Assembly: GCA_004431415.1 (NCBI GenBank)
Contig: QPMI01000344.1
Location: 1 to 31,958, forward strand
Source of the DNA: Cyanophora paradoxa CCMP329
Taxonomy: Eukaryota > Plantae > Glaucophyta
Length of the DNA stretch: 31,958 bases
Direction: 5' to 3'
A program made the translations under genes and the position numbers. Each line of letters opens with the position of its first letter. The stretch's first letter is position 1. Below the pieces are notes generated by a model. That model was not told where the DNA came from. It did not search any database and was given only the letters and a program-made list of their open reading frames with translations. Positions 1-13,035 of this stretch are shown here, piece by piece.

Positions 1-332
1 CCCGCAGAAGCGCCTAAGGCCTGCTGCAGCGCTCCGCCGCCGCCGCGCCGGCCTGCACGCCGCCGGCCTCCCGGCCTCCGCGCCCCGGTGCCCGCCGCAG
101 CGTCCTCGGCGCACGCGCCGGCAGATCCAGCCGCCCGCGACGCCCGCCGAGCGCCCAGCGCGAGCCTGCTGCGAGGGGCGGCGTCAGCGAGGGCAGAGAG
201 GCGGCCGCGGGCAGCTGCGAGGGCGGGAGGGGCCCGGGAGGGCAGGGCGCGGACCCCGCGGGCCCAGAGGGCGCGCCCCGGCGGCCAGAGGAGCTAGAGA
301 AGAGGCCGAGGGGGGCAGCGAGGACGGCAAAA

Positions 333-451
333 AGTGTACAGCACCCGATGTTCCCAGGTGGTCCCCACCCTAGTACTAGTCGGGCCTGACCGGGTTAGCT
401 TCCGTAATCGGACGGGAACGGGCGCTTTTCCGGATAGTATGGGCCGTACAC
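333..451 (-). rRNA. 5S rRNA copy 1 (a few indels vs consensus)
   Basis: Reverse complement matches eukaryotic 5S hallmarks (GGCCAUAC, CCCGUCCGAU, AAGCUAAGC, UAGUACU); terminal helix I; followed by T5. Confidence 0.93.
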
Positions 452-1085
452 GAAGGCTTCCCTTCCACGCCCACCCAATCCCTTCCGCCGCCCCGCCCAC
501 CTCCGCCCGCGCCCCGCCGCCCCTCTCCCGGCCCTCGCCCTCCAGCTCGCGCACCTTCCTTCGCGCCCGCGCCTCCCGCTCGCCTCCGCCGCCCTCCGGC
601 CGCCTCCAGCAGCGCCGCCGCCCCGCACCGCCTGCGCGCGCCGCTGCGGCGTCAGCTCCGGCCCCCGGCGCCCCGGCGCGGCGCCCGCGCCCTCCTCCGC
701 GCCGCGCACCGCGTTCGGGCCCGCGCGGAGCTCAGCAGCTGCGCCCGGGCGCGCCGCCCGCAGAAGCGCCTACAGGCCTGCTGCAGCGCTCCGCCGCCCG
801 CGCCGGCCTGCACGCCGCCGGCCTCCCGGCCTCCGCGCCCGGTGCCCGCCGCAGCGTCCTCGGCGCACGCCGCCGGCAGATCCAGCCGCCCGCGACGCCC
901 GCCGAGCGCCCAGCGCGAGCCTGCTGCGAGGGCGGCGTCAGCGAGGGCAGAGAGGCGGCCGCGGGCAGCTGCGAGGGCGGGAGGGGGCCCCGGGAGGGCA
1001 GGGCGCGACCCGCGGGCCAGAGGGCGCGCCCCGGCGGCCAGAGGAGCTAGAGAAGAGGCCGAGGGGGCAGCGAGGACGGCAAAAA

Positions 1086-1205
1086 AGTGTACAGCACCCG
1101 ATGTTTCCCAGGTGGTCCCCCACCCTAGTACTAGTCGGGCCTGACCGGGCTTAGCTTCCGTAATCGGACGGGAACGGGCGCTTTTCCGGTAGTATGGCCG
1201 TACAC
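1086..1205 (-). rRNA. 5S rRNA copy 2
   Basis: Consensus plus a 1-nt insertion; T6 downstream. Confidence 0.95.
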
Positions 1206-1834
1206 GAAGGCTTCCCCTTCCACGCCCACCCAATCCCTTCCGCGCCCGCCACCTCCGCCCCGCGCCCGCCGCCCCTCTCCCGGCCCCTCGCCCTCCAGCT
1301 CGCGCACCTTCCTTCGCGCCCGCGCCTCCCGCTCGCCTCCCGCCGCCCTCCGGCCGCCTCCAGCAGCGCCGCCGCCCGCACCCGCCTGCCGCGCCGCTGC
1401 GGCGTCAGCTCCGGCCCCCGGCGCCCCGGCGCGGCGCCCGCGCCTCCTCGCGCCGCGCACCGCGTTCGGGCCCGCGCGGAGCTCAGCAGCTGCGCCGGGC
1501 GCGCCGCCCGCAGAAGCGCCTACAGGCCTGCTGCAGCGCTCCGCCGCCCGCGCCGGCCTGCACGCCGCCGGCCTCCCGCCTCCGCGCCCCGGTGCCCGCC
1601 GCAGCGTCCTCGGCGCACGCCGCCGGCAGATCCAGCCGCCCGCGACGCCCGCCGAGCGCCCAGCGCGAGCCTGCTGCGAGGGGCGGCGTCAGCGAGGGCA
1701 GAGAGGCGGCCGCGGGCAGCTGCGAGGGGCGGGAGGGGCCCGGGAGGGCAGGGCGCGACCCGCGGGCCCAGAGGCGCGCCCGGCGGCCAGAGGAGCTAGA
1801 GAAGAGGCCGAGGGGGGCAGCGAGGACGGCAAAA

Positions 1835-1953
1835 AGTGTACAGCACCCGATGTTCCCAGGTGGTCCCCCACCCTAGTACTAGTCGGGCCTGACCGGGCTT
1901 AGCTTCCGTAATCGGACGGGAACGGGCGCTTTTCCGGTAGTATGGCCGTACAC
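1835..1953 (-). rRNA. 5S rRNA copy 3
   Basis: 119-nt consensus copy. Confidence 0.97.
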
Positions 1954-2591
1954 GAAGGCTTCCCCTTCCACGCCCACCCCAATCCCTTCCGCCGCCCCGC
2001 CCACCTCCGCCCCGCGCCCGCCGCCCCTCTCCCGGCCCTCGCCCTCCAGCTCGCGCACCTTCCTTCGCGCCCGCGCCTCCCGCTCGCCTCCCGCCGCCCT
2101 CCAGCCGCCTCCAGCAGCGCCGCCGCCCGCACCCGCCTGCGCGCGCCGCTGCGGCGTCAGCTCCGGCCCCCGGCGCCCCGGCGCGGCGCCCGCGCCCTCC
2201 TCCGCGCCGCGCACCGCGTTCGGGCCCGCGCGGAGCTCAGCAGCTGCGCCGGGCGCGCCGCCCGCAGAAGCGCCTACAGGCCTGCTGCAGCGCTCCGCCG
2301 CCCGCGCCGGCCTGCACGCCGCCGGCCTCCCGGCCTCCGCGCCCCGGTGCCCGCCGCAGCGTCCTCGGCGCACGCCGCCGGCAGATCCAGCCGCCCGCGA
2401 CGCCCGCGAGCGCCCAGCGCGAGCCTGCTGCGAGGGCGGCGTCAGCGAGGGCAGAGAGGCGGCCGCGGGCAGCTGCGAGGGGCGGGAGGGGCCCCGGGAG
2501 GGCAGGGCGCGACCCCGCGGGCCCAGAGGGCGCGCCCCGGCGGCCAGAGGAGCTAGAGAAGAGGCCGAGGGGGGCAGCGAGGACGGCAAAA

Positions 2592-2709
2592 AGTGTACAG
2601 CACCCGATGTTCCAGGTGGTCCCCCACCCTAGTACTAGTCGGGCCTGACCGGGCTTAGCTTCCGTAATCGGACGGGAACGGGCGCTTTTCCGGTAGTATG
2701 GCCGTACAC
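2592..2709 (-). rRNA. 5S rRNA copy 4
   Basis: 118 nt, one homopolymer deletion. Confidence 0.96.
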
Positions 2710-3304
2710 GAAGGCTTCCCCTTCCACGCCCACCCCAATCCCTTCCGCCGCCCCGCCCACCTCCGCCCCGCGCCCCGCCGCCCCTCTCCCGGCCCTCGCC
2801 CTCCAGCTCGCGCACCTTCCTTCGCGCCCGCGCCTCCCGCTCGCCTCCCGCGCCTCCGGCCTCCGGCGCGCCGCCCGCGCCCGCCGCGCGGCGCGGCGTC
2901 AGCTCGGCCCGGCGCCCCGGCGCGGCGCCCGGCCTCCTCCGCGCCGGACCGCGTTCGGGCCCGCGCGGAGCTCAGCGCTGCGCCCGGCGCGCCGCCCGCA
3001 GAAGCGCCTAGGCCTGCTGCAGCGCTCCGCGCCGCGCCGCCTGCACGCGCCGCCTCCCGGCTCCGCGCCCGTGCCCGCCGCAGCGTCCTCGCGCACGCCG
3101 CCGGCAGATCCAGCCGCCCGCGACGCCCGCCGAGCGCCCAGGCGAGCCTGCTGCGAGGGCGGCGTAGCGAGGGCAGAGAGGCGCCGCGGGCAGCTGCGAG
3201 GGGGAGGGGGCCCCGGAGGCAGGGCGCGACCCCGCGGCCCAGAGGGCGCGCCCGGCGGCAGAGGAAGCTAGAGAAGAGGCGAGGGGGGCGCGAGGACGGC
3301 AAAA

Positions 3305-3416
3305 AGTGTACAGCACCGATGTTCCAGGTGGTCCCCACCCTAGTACTAGTCGGGCTGACCGGGCTTAGCTTCGTAATCGACGGGAACGGCGCTTTTCCGG
3401 TAGTATGGCCGTACAC
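3305..3416 (-). rRNA. 5S rRNA copy 5 (112 nt; deletions likely sequencing error)
   Basis: Consensus with several single-base deletions. Confidence 0.9.
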
Positions 3417-4014
3417 GAAGGCTTCCCCTTCCACGCCACCCAATCCTTCCGCCGCCCGCCACCTCGCCCGCGCCCGCCGCCCTCTCCCGCCCTCGCCTCC
3501 AGCTCGCGCACCTTCCTTCGCGCCGCGCCTCCGCTCGCCTCCGCCGCCTCCGCCGCCTCCAGCAGCGCGCCGCCCGCACCCGCCTGCGCGCGCCGCTGCG
3601 CGTCAGCTCCGGCCCCGGCGCCCCGGCGCGGCGCCGCGCCCTCCTCCGGCCGCGCACCGCGTTCGCGCCGCGGGAGCTCAGCAGCTGCGCCCCGGGCGCG
3701 CCGCCCGCAGAAGCGCCTAAGGCTGCTGCAGCGCTCCGCCGCCCGCGCGGCTGCACGCCGCCGGCCTCCCGGCTCCGCGCCCCGCCGCCGCAGCGTCCTC
3801 GGCGCACGCGCGCAGATCCAGCCGCCCGCGACGCCCGCGAGCGCCAGCGCGAGCCTGCTGCGAGGGCGGCGTCAGCGAGGGCAGAGAGGCGGCCGCGGGC
3901 AGCTGCGAGGGCGGGAGGGGCCCGGGAGGGCAGGGCGCGACCCGCGGGCCAGAGGCGCGCCCCGGCGGCCAGAGGAGCTAGAGAAGAGGCCGAGGGGGCA
4001 GCGAGGACGGCAAA

Positions 4015-4130
4015 AGTGTACAGCACCCGATGTTCCCAGTGGTCCCCACCCTAGTACTAGTCGGGCCTGACCGGGCTTAGCTTCCGTAATCGGACGGAAC
4101 GGGCGCTTTTCCGGTAGTATGGCCGTACAC
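4015..4130 (-). rRNA. 5S rRNA copy 6
   Basis: 116 nt, single-base deletions. Confidence 0.93.
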
Positions 4131-4748
4131 GAAGGCTTCCCTTCCACGCCCACCCAATCCCTTCCGCCGCCCGCCCACCTCCGCCCCGCGCCCCGCCGCC
4201 CCTCTCCGGCCCTCGCCCTCCAGCTCGCGCACCTTCCTTCGCGCCCGCGCCTCCGCTCGCCTCCCGCCGCCCTCCGGCCGCTCCAGCAGCGCCGCCGCCC
4301 GCCCGCCTGCGCGCGCCGCTGCGGCGTCAGCTCCGGCCCCGCGCCCCGGCGGCGCCCGCGCCTCCTCCGCGCCGCGCACCGCGTTCGGGCCGCGCGGAGC
4401 TCAGCAGCTGCGCCGGGCGCGCCGCCGCAGAAGCGCCTAGGCCTGCTGCAGCGCTCCGCGCCGCGCCGGCCTGCACGCCGCCGGCCTCCCGGCCTCCGCG
4501 CCCCGGTGCCGCCGCAGCGTCCTCGGCGCACGCCGCCGGCAGATCCAGCCGCCCGCGACGCCCGCCGAGCGCCCAGCGCGAGCCTGCTGCGAGGGGCGGC
4601 GTCAGCGAGGGCAGAGAGGCGGCCGCGGCAGCTGCGAGGGGCGGAGGGGGCCCCGGGAGGGCAGGGCGCGACCCGCGGGCCCAGAGGGCGCGCCCCGGCG
4701 GCCAGAGGAGCTAGAGAAGAGGCCGAGGGGGCAGCGAGGACGGCAAAA

Positions 4749-4865
4749 AGTGTACAGCACCCGATGTTCCCAGGTGGTCCCCCACCCTAGTACTAGTCGG
4801 CCTGACCGGGCTTAGCTTCCGTAATCGGACGGAACGGGCGCTTTTCCGGTAGTATGGCCGTACAC
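4749..4865 (-). rRNA. 5S rRNA copy 7
   Basis: 117 nt, single-base deletions. Confidence 0.93.
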
Positions 4866-5479
4866 GAAGGCTTCCCCTTCCACGCCCACCCAATCCTTCC
4901 GCCGCCCGCCACCTCGCCCCGCGCCCGCGCCCCTCTCCCGGCCCCTCGCCCTCCAGCTCGCGCACCTTCCTTCGCGCCCGCGCCTCCCGCTCGCCTCCCG
5001 CCGCCCTCCGGCCGCCTCCAGCAGCGCCGCCGCCCCGCCCGCTGCGCGCGCCGCTGCGGCGTCAGCTCCGGCCCCCGGCGCCCCGGCGCGCGCCCGCGCC
5101 CTCCTCCGCGCGCGCACCGCGTTCGGCCCGCGGGAGCTCAGCAGCTGCGCCGGGCGCGCCGCCGCAGAGCGCTAAGGCCTGCTGCAGCGCTCCGCCGCCG
5201 CGCCGGCCTGCACGCCGCCGGCCTCCGGCCTCCGCGCCCGGCCCGCCGCAGCGTCCTCGGCGCACGCCGCCGGCAGATCCAGCCGCCCGCGACGCCCGCC
5301 GAGCGCCCAGCGCGAGCCTGCTGCGAGGGGCGCGTCAGCGAGGGCAGAGGAGGCGGCCGCGGGCAGCTGCGAGGGGCGGAGGGGGCCCGGAGGGCAGGGC
5401 GCGACCCGCGGGCCCAGAGGGCGCGCCCCGGCGGCCAGAGGAGCTAGAGAAGAGGCGAGGGGGCAGCGAGGACGGAAAA

Positions 5480-5595
5480 AGTGTACAGCACCGATGTTCC
5501 CAGGTGGTCCCCACCTAGTACTAGTCGGGCCTGACCGGGCTTAGCTTCCGTAATCGGACGGGAACGGGCGCTTTTCCGGTAGTATGGCCGTACAC
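5480..5595 (-). rRNA. 5S rRNA copy 8
   Basis: 116 nt, single-base deletions. Confidence 0.93.
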
Positions 5596-6215
5596 GAAGG
5601 CTTCCCCTTCCACGCCACCCAAATCCTTCCGCCGCCCGCCCACCTCCGCCCCGCGCCGCCGCCCTCTCCGGCCTCGCCTCCAGCTCGCGCACCTTCTTCG
5701 CGCCGCGCCTCCCGCTCGCCTCCCGCCGCCCTCCGGCCGCCTCCAGCAGCGCCGCGCCCGCACCCGCCTGCGCGCGCCGCTGCGGCGTCAGCTCCGGCCC
5801 CGGCGCCCCGGCGCGGCGCCCGCGCCCCTCCGCGCCGCGCACCGCGTTCGGCCCGCGCGGAGCTCAGCAGCTGCGCCCGGGCGCGCCGCCCGCAGAAGCG
5901 CCTACAGGCCTGCTGCAGCGCTCCGCCGCCCGCGCCGCCTGCACGCCGCCGGCTCCGGCCTCCGCGCCCGGTGCCCGCCGCAGCGTCCTCGGCGCACGCC
6001 GCCGGCAGATCCAGCCGCCCGCGACGCCCGCCGAGCGCCCAGCGCGAGCCTGCTGCGAGGGGCGGCGTCAGCGAGGGCAGAGAGGCGGCCGCGGGCAGCT
6101 GCGAGGGGCGGGAGGGGGCCCCGGAGGCAGGGCGCGACCCCGCGGGCCCAGAGGGCGCGCCCGGCGGCCAGAGGAGCTAGAGAAGAGGCCGAGGGGGGCA
6201 GCGAGGACGGCAAAA

Positions 6216-6333
6216 AGTGTACAGCACCCGATGTTCCCAGGTGGTCCCCACCCTAGTACTAGTCGGGCCTGACCGGGCTTAGCTTCCGTAATCGGACGGG
6301 AACGGGCGCTTTTCCGGTAGTATGGCCGTACAC
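6216..6333 (-). rRNA. 5S rRNA copy 9
   Basis: 118 nt. Confidence 0.96.
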
Positions 6334-6966
6334 GAAGGCTTCCCCTTCCACGCCCACCCCAATCCTTCCGCGCCCCGCCCACCTCCGCCCCGCGCCCCGC
6401 CGCCCCTCTCCCGGCCCTCGCCCTCCAGCTCGCGCACCTTCCTTCGCGCCCGCGCCTCCCGCTCGCCTCCCGCCGCCCTCCGGCCGCCTCCAGCAGCGCC
6501 GCCGCCCCGCACCCGCCTGCGCGCGCCGCTGCGGCGTCAGCTCCGGCCCCCGCGCCCCGGCGCGGCGCCCGCGCCCTCCTCCGCGCCGCGCACCGCGTTC
6601 GGCCCGCGCGGAGCTCAGCAGCTGCGCCCGGGCGCGCCGCCCGCAGAAGCGCCTAAGGCCTGCTGCAGCGCTCCGCCGCCCGCGCCGGCCTGCACGCCGC
6701 CGGCCTCCCGGCCTCCGCGCCCCGGTGCCCGCCGCAGCGTCCTCGGCGCACGCGCGGCAGATCCAGCCGCCGCGACGCCCGCCGAGCGCCCAGCGCGAGC
6801 CTGCTGCGAGGGGCGGCGTCAGCGAGGGCAGAGAGGCGGCCGCGGGCAGCTGCGAGGGGCGGGAGGGGCCCCGGGAGGGCAGGGCGCGACCCCGCGGGCC
6901 CAGAGGGCGCGCCCGGCGGCCAGAGGAGCTAGAGAAGAGGCCGAGGGGGCAGCGAGGACGGCAAAA

Positions 6967-7082
6967 AGTGTACAGCACCCGATGTTCCAGGTGGTCCCCA
7001 CCCTAGTACTAGTCGGGCCTGACCGGGCTTAGCTTCGTAATCGGACGGGAACGGGCGCTTTTCCGGTAGTATGGCCGTACAC
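6967..7082 (-). rRNA. 5S rRNA copy 10
   Basis: 116 nt, single-base deletions. Confidence 0.94.
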
Positions 7083-7719
7083 GAAGGCTTCCCCTTCCAC
7101 GCCCACCCAATCCTTCCGCCGCCCCGCCCACCTCCGCCCCGCGCCCGCCGCCCTCTCCCGGCCCTCGCCTCCAGCTCGCGCACCTTCCTTCGCGCCCGCG
7201 CCTCCCGCTCGCCTCCCGCCGCCCTCCGGCCGCCTCCAGCAGCGCCGCCGCCCCGCACCCGCCTGCGCGCGCCGCTGCGGCGTCAGCTCCGGCCCCGGCG
7301 CCCCGGCGCGGCGCCCGCGCCCTCCTCCGCGCCGCGCACCGCGTTCGGGCCCGCGCGGAGCTCAGCAGCTGCGCCCGGGCGCGCCGCCCGCAGAAGCGCC
7401 TACAGGCCTGCTGCAGCGCTCCGCCGCCCGCGCCGGCCTGCACGCCGCCGGCCTCCCGGCCTCCGCGCCCCGGTGCCCGCCGCAGCGTCCTCGGCGCACG
7501 CCGCCGGCAGATCCAGCCGCCCGCGACGCCCGCCGAGCGCCCAGCGCGAGCCTGCTGCGAGGGGCGGCGTCAGCGAGGGCAGAGAGGCGGCCGCGGGCAG
7601 CTGCGAGGGGCGGGAGGGGGCCCGGGAGGGCAGGGCGCGACCCCGCGGGCCCAGAGGGCGCGCCCCGGCGGCCAGAGGAGCTAGAGAAGAGGCCGAGGGG
7701 GGCAGCGAGGACGGCAAAA

Positions 7720-7837
7720 AGTGTACAGCACCCGATGTTCCCAGGTGGTCCCCACCCTAGTACTAGTCGGGCCTGACCGGGCTTAGCTTCCGTAATCGGA
7801 CGGGAACGGGCGCTTTTCCGGTAGTATGGCCGTACAC
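7720..7837 (-). rRNA. 5S rRNA copy 11
   Basis: 118 nt. Confidence 0.96.
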
Positions 7838-8477
7838 GAAGGCTTCCCCTTCCACGCCCACCCCAATCCCTTCCGCCGCCCCGCCCACCTCCGCCCCGCG
7901 CCCCGCCGCCCTCTCCCGGCCCCTCGCCCTCCAGCTCGCGCACCTTCCTTCGCGCCCGCGCCTCCCGCTCGCCTCCCGCCGCCCTCCGGCCGCCTCCAGC
8001 AGCGCCGCCGCCCCGCACCCGCCTGCGCGCGCCGCTGCGGCGTCAGCTCCGGCCCCCGGCGCCCCGGCGCGGCGCCCGCGCCCTCCTCCGCGCCGCGCAC
8101 CGCGTTCGGGCCCGCGCGGAGCTCAGCAGCTGCGCCCGGGCGCGCCGCCCGCAGAAGCGCCTACAGGCCTGCTGCAGCGCTCCGCCGCCCGCGCCGGCCT
8201 GCACGCCGCCGGCCTCCCGGCCTCCGCGCCCCGGTGCCCGCCGCAGCGTCCTCGGCGCACGCCGCCGGCAGATCCAGCCGCCCGCGACGCCCGCCGAGCG
8301 CCCAGCGCGAGCCTGCTGCGAGGGGCGCGTCAGCGAGGGCAGAGAGGCGGCCGCGGGCAGCTGCGAGGGGCGGGAGGGGGCCCGGGAGGCAGGGCGCGAC
8401 CCCGCGGGCCCAGAGGGCGCGCCCCGGCGGCCAGAGGAGCTAGAGAAGAGGCCGAGGGGGCAGCGAGGACGGCAAAA

Positions 8478-8595
8478 AGTGTACAGCACCCGATGTTCCC
8501 AGGTGGTCCCCACCCTAGTACTAGTCGGGCCTGACCGGGCTTAGCTTCCGTAATCGGACGGGAACGGGCGCTTTTCCGGTAGTATGGCCGTACAC
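8478..8595 (-). rRNA. 5S rRNA copy 12
   Basis: 118 nt. Confidence 0.96.
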
Positions 8596-9234
8596 GAAGG
8601 CTTCCCTTCCACGCCCACCCCAATCCTTCCGCCGCCCCGCCACCTCCGCCCCGCGCCCCGCCGCCCCTCTCCCGGCCCTCGCCCTCCAGCTCGCGCACCT
8701 TCCTTCGCGCCCGCGCCTCCCGCTCGCCTCCCGCCGCCCTCCGGCCGCCTCCAGCAGCGCCGCCGCCCCGCACCCGCCTGCGCGCGCCGCTGCGGCGTCA
8801 GCTCCGGCCCCCGGCGCCCCGGCGCGGCGCCCGCGCCCTCCTCCGCGCCGCGCACCGCGTTCGGGCCCGCGCGGAGCTCAGCAGCTGCGCCCGGGCGCGC
8901 CGCCCGCAGAAGCGCCTACAGGCCTGCTGCAGCGCTCCGCCGCCCGCGCCGGCCTGCACGCCGCCGGCCTCCCGGCCTCCGCGCCCCGGTGCCCGCCGCA
9001 GCGTCCTCGGCGCACGCCGCCGGCAGATCCAGCCGCCCGCGACGCCCGCCGAGCGCCCAGCGCGAGCCTGCTGCGAGGGGCGGCGTCAGCGAGGGCAGAG
9101 AGGCGGCCGCGGGCAGCTGCGAGGGGCGGGAGGGGCCCGGGAGGGCAGGGCGCGACCCCGCGGGCCCAGAGGGCGCGCCCCGGCGGCCAGAGGAGCTAGA
9201 GAAGAGGCCGAGGGGGGCAGCGAGGACGGCAAAA

Positions 9235-9353
9235 AGTGTACAGCACCCGATGTTCCCAGGTGGTCCCCCACCCTAGTACTAGTCGGGCCTGACCGGGCTT
9301 AGCTTCCGTAATCGGACGGGAACGGGCGCTTTTCCGGTAGTATGGCCGTACAC
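9235..9353 (-). rRNA. 5S rRNA copy 13
   Basis: 119-nt consensus. Confidence 0.97.
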
Positions 9354-9996
9354 GAAGGCTTCCCCTTCCACGCCCACCCCAATCCCTTCCGCCGCCCGCC
9401 CACCTCCGCCCCGCGCCCCGCCGCCCCTCTCCCGGCCCCTCGCCCTCCAGCTCGCGCACCTTCCTTCGCGCCCGCGCCTCCCGCTCGCCTCCCGCCGCCC
9501 TCCGGCCGCCTCCAGCAGCGCCGCCGCCCGCACCCGCCTGCGCGCGCCGCTGCGGCGTCAGCTCCGGCCCCCGGCGCCCCGGCGCGGCGCCCGCGCCCTC
9601 CTCCGCGCCGCGCACCGCGTTCGGGCCCGCGCGGAGCTCAGCAGCTGCGCCCGGGCGCGCCGCCCGCAGAAGCGCCTACAGGCCTGCTGCAGCGCTCCGC
9701 CGCCCGCGCCGGCCTGCACGCCGCCGGCCTCCCGGCCTCCGCGCCCCGGTGCCCGCCGCAGCGTCCTCGGCGCACGCCGCCGGCAGATCCAGCCGCCCGC
9801 GACGCCCGCCGAGCGCCCAGCGCGAGCCTGCTGCGAGGGGCGGCGTCAGCGAGGGCAGAGAGGCGGCCGCGGGCAGCTGCGAGGGGCGGGAGGGGGCCCC
9901 GGGAGGGCAGGGCGCGACCCCGCGGGCCCAGAGGGCGCGCCCCGGCGGCCAGAGGAGCTAGAGAAGAGGCCGAGGGGGGCAGCGAGGACGGCAAAA

Positions 9997-10115
9997 AGTG
10001 TACAGCACCCGATGTTCCCAGGTGGTCCCCCACCCTAGTACTAGTCGGGCCTGACCGGGCTTAGCTTCCGTAATCGGACGGGAACGGGCGCTTTTCCGGT
10101 AGTATGGCCGTACAC
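9997..10115 (-). rRNA. 5S rRNA copy 14
   Basis: 119-nt consensus. Confidence 0.97.
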
Positions 10116-10755
10116 GAAGGCTTCCCCTTCCACGCCCACCCCAATCCCTTCCGCCGCCCCGCCCACCTCCGCCCCGCGCCCCGCCGCCCCTCTCCCGGCC
10201 CCTCGCCCTCCAGCTCGCGCACCTTCCTTCGCGCCCGCGCCTCCCGCTCGCCTCCCGCCGCCCTCCGGCCGCCTCCAGCAGCGCCGCCGCCCCGCACCCG
10301 CCTGCGCGCGCCGCTGCGGCGTCAGCTCCGGCCCCGGCGCCCCGGCGCGGCGCCCGCGCCCTCCTCCGCGCCGCGCACCGCGTTCGGGCCCGCGCGGAGC
10401 TCAGCAGCTGCGCCGGGCGCGCCGCCCGCAGAAGCGCCTAAGGCCTGCTGCAGCGCTCCGCCGCCCGCGCCGGCCTGCACGCCGCCGGCCTCCCGGCCTC
10501 CGCGCCCCGGTGCCCGCCGCAGCGTCCTCGGCGCACGCCGCCGGCAGATCCAGCCGCCCGCGACGCCCGCCGAGCGCCCAGCGCGAGCCTGCTGCGAGGG
10601 GCGGCGTCAGCGAGGGCAGAGAGGCGGCCGCGGGCAGCTGCGAGGGGCGGGAGGGGGCCCGGGAGGGCAGGGCGCGACCCCGCGGGCCCAGAGGGCGCGC
10701 CCCGGCGGCCAGAGGAGCTAGAGAAGAGGCCGAGGGGGCAGCGAGGACGGCAAAA

Positions 10756-10874
10756 AGTGTACAGCACCCGATGTTCCCAGGTGGTCCCCCACCCTAGTAC
10801 TAGTCGGGCCTGACCGGGCTTAGCTTCCGTAATCGGACGGGAACGGGCGCTTTTCCGGTAGTATGGCCGTACAC
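10756..10874 (-). rRNA. 5S rRNA copy 15
   Basis: 119-nt consensus. Confidence 0.97.
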
Positions 10875-11513
10875 GAAGGCTTCCCCTTCCACGCCCACCC
10901 CAATCCCTTCCGCCGCCCGCCCACCTCCGCCCCGCGCCCCGCCGCCCCTCTCCCGGCCCTCGCCCTCCAGCTCGCGCACCTTCCTTCGCGCCCGCGCCTC
11001 CCGCTCGCCTCCCGCCGCCCTCCGGCCGCCTCCAGCAGCGCCGCCGCCCGCACCCGCCTGCGCGCGCCGCTGCGGCGTCAGCTCCGGCCCCCGGCGCCCC
11101 GGCGCGGCGCCCGCGCCCTCCTCCGCGCCGCGCACCGCGTTCGGGCCCGCGCGGAGCTCAGCAGCTGCGCCCGGGCGCGCCGCCCGCAGAAGCGCCTACA
11201 GGCCTGCTGCAGCGCTCCGCCGCCCGCGCCGGCCTGCACGCCGCCGGCCTCCCGGCCTCCGCGCCCCGGTGCCCGCCGCAGCGTCCTCGGCGCACGCCGC
11301 CGGCAGATCCAGCCGCCCGCGACGCCCGCCGAGCGCCCAGCGCGAGCCTGCTGCGAGGGGCGGCGTCAGCGAGGGCAGAGAGGCGGCCGCGGGCAGCTGC
11401 GAGGGGCGGGAGGGGCCCCGGGAGGGCAGGGCGCGACCCCGCGGGCCCAGAGGGCGCGCCCGGCGGCCAGAGGAGCTAGAGAAGAGGCCGAGGGGGCAGC
11501 GAGGACGGCAAAA

Positions 11514-11632
11514 AGTGTACAGCACCCGATGTTCCCAGGTGGTCCCCCACCCTAGTACTAGTCGGGCCTGACCGGGCTTAGCTTCCGTAATCGGACGGGA
11601 ACGGGCGCTTTTCCGGTAGTATGGCCGTACAC
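11514..11632 (-). rRNA. 5S rRNA copy 16
   Basis: 119-nt consensus. Confidence 0.97.
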
Positions 11633-12275
11633 GAAGGCTTCCCCTTCCACGCCCACCCCAATCCCTTCCGCCGCCCCGCCCACCTCCGCCCCGCGCCCCG
11701 CCGCCCCTCTCCCGGCCCCTCGCCCTCCAGCTCGCGCACCTTCCTTCGCGCCCGCGCCTCCCGCTCGCCTCCCGCCGCCCTCCGGCCGCCTCCAGCAGCG
11801 CCGCCGCCCGCACCCGCCTGCGCGCGCCGCTGCGGCGTCAGCTCCGGCCCCCGGCGCCCCGGCGCGGCGCCCGCGCCCTCCTCCGCGCCGCGCACCGCGT
11901 TCGGGCCCGCGCGGAGCTCAGCAGCTGCGCCCGGGCGCGCCGCCCGCAGAAGCGCCTAAGGCCTGCTGCAGCGCTCCGCCGCCCGCGCCGGCCTGCACGC
12001 CGCCGGCCTCCCGGCCTCCGCGCCCCGGTGCCCGCCGCAGCGTCCTCGGCGCACGCCGCCGGCAGATCCAGCCGCCCGCGACGCCCGCCGAGCGCCCAGC
12101 GCGAGCCTGCTGCGAGGGGCGGCGTCAGCGAGGGCAGAGAGGCGGCCGCGGGCAGCTGCGAGGGGCGGGAGGGGGCCCCGGGAGGGCAGGGCGCGACCCC
12201 GCGGGCCCAGAGGGCGCGCCCCGGCGGCCAGAGGAGCTAGAGAAGAGGCCGAGGGGGGCAGCGAGGACGGCAAAA

Positions 12276-12394
12276 AGTGTACAGCACCCGATGTTCCCAG
12301 GTGGTCCCCCACCCTAGTACTAGTCGGGCCTGACCGGGCTTAGCTTCCGTAATCGGACGGGAACGGGCGCTTTTCCGGTAGTATGGCCGTACAC
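12276..12394 (-). rRNA. 5S rRNA copy 17
   Basis: 119-nt consensus. Confidence 0.97.
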
Positions 12395-13035
12395 GAAGGC
12401 TTCCCCTTCCACGCCCACCCCAATCCCTTCCGCCGCCCCGCCCACCTCCGCCCCGCGCCCCGCCGCCCCTCTCCCGGCCCCTCGCCCTCCAGCTCGCGCA
12501 CCTTCCTTCGCGCCCGCGCCTCCCGCTCGCCTCCCGCCGCCCTCCGGCCGCCTCCAGCAGCGCCGCCGCCCGCACCCGCCTGCGCGCGCCGCTGCGGCGT
12601 CAGCTCCGGCCCCCGGCGCCCCGGCGCGGCGCCCGCGCCCTCCTCCGCGCCGCGCACCGCGTTCGGGCCCGCGCGGAGCTCAGCAGCTGCGCCCGGGCGC
12701 GCCGCCCGCAGAAGCGCCTACAGGCCTGCTGCAGCGCTCCGCCGCCCGCGCCGGCCTGCACGCCGCCGGCCTCCCGGCCTCCGCGCCCCGGTGCCCGCCG
12801 CAGCGTCCTCGGCGCACGCCGCCGGCAGATCCAGCCGCCCGCGACGCCCGCCGAGCGCCCAGCGCGAGCCTGCTGCGAGGGCGGCGTCAGCGAGGGCAGA
12901 GAGGCGGCCGCGGGCAGCTGCGAGGGGCGGGAGGGGCCCCGGGAGGGCAGGGCGCGACCCCGCGGGCCCAGAGGGCGCGCCCCGGCGGCCAGAGGAGCTA
13001 GAGAAGAGGCCGAGGGGGCAGCGAGGACGGCAAAA

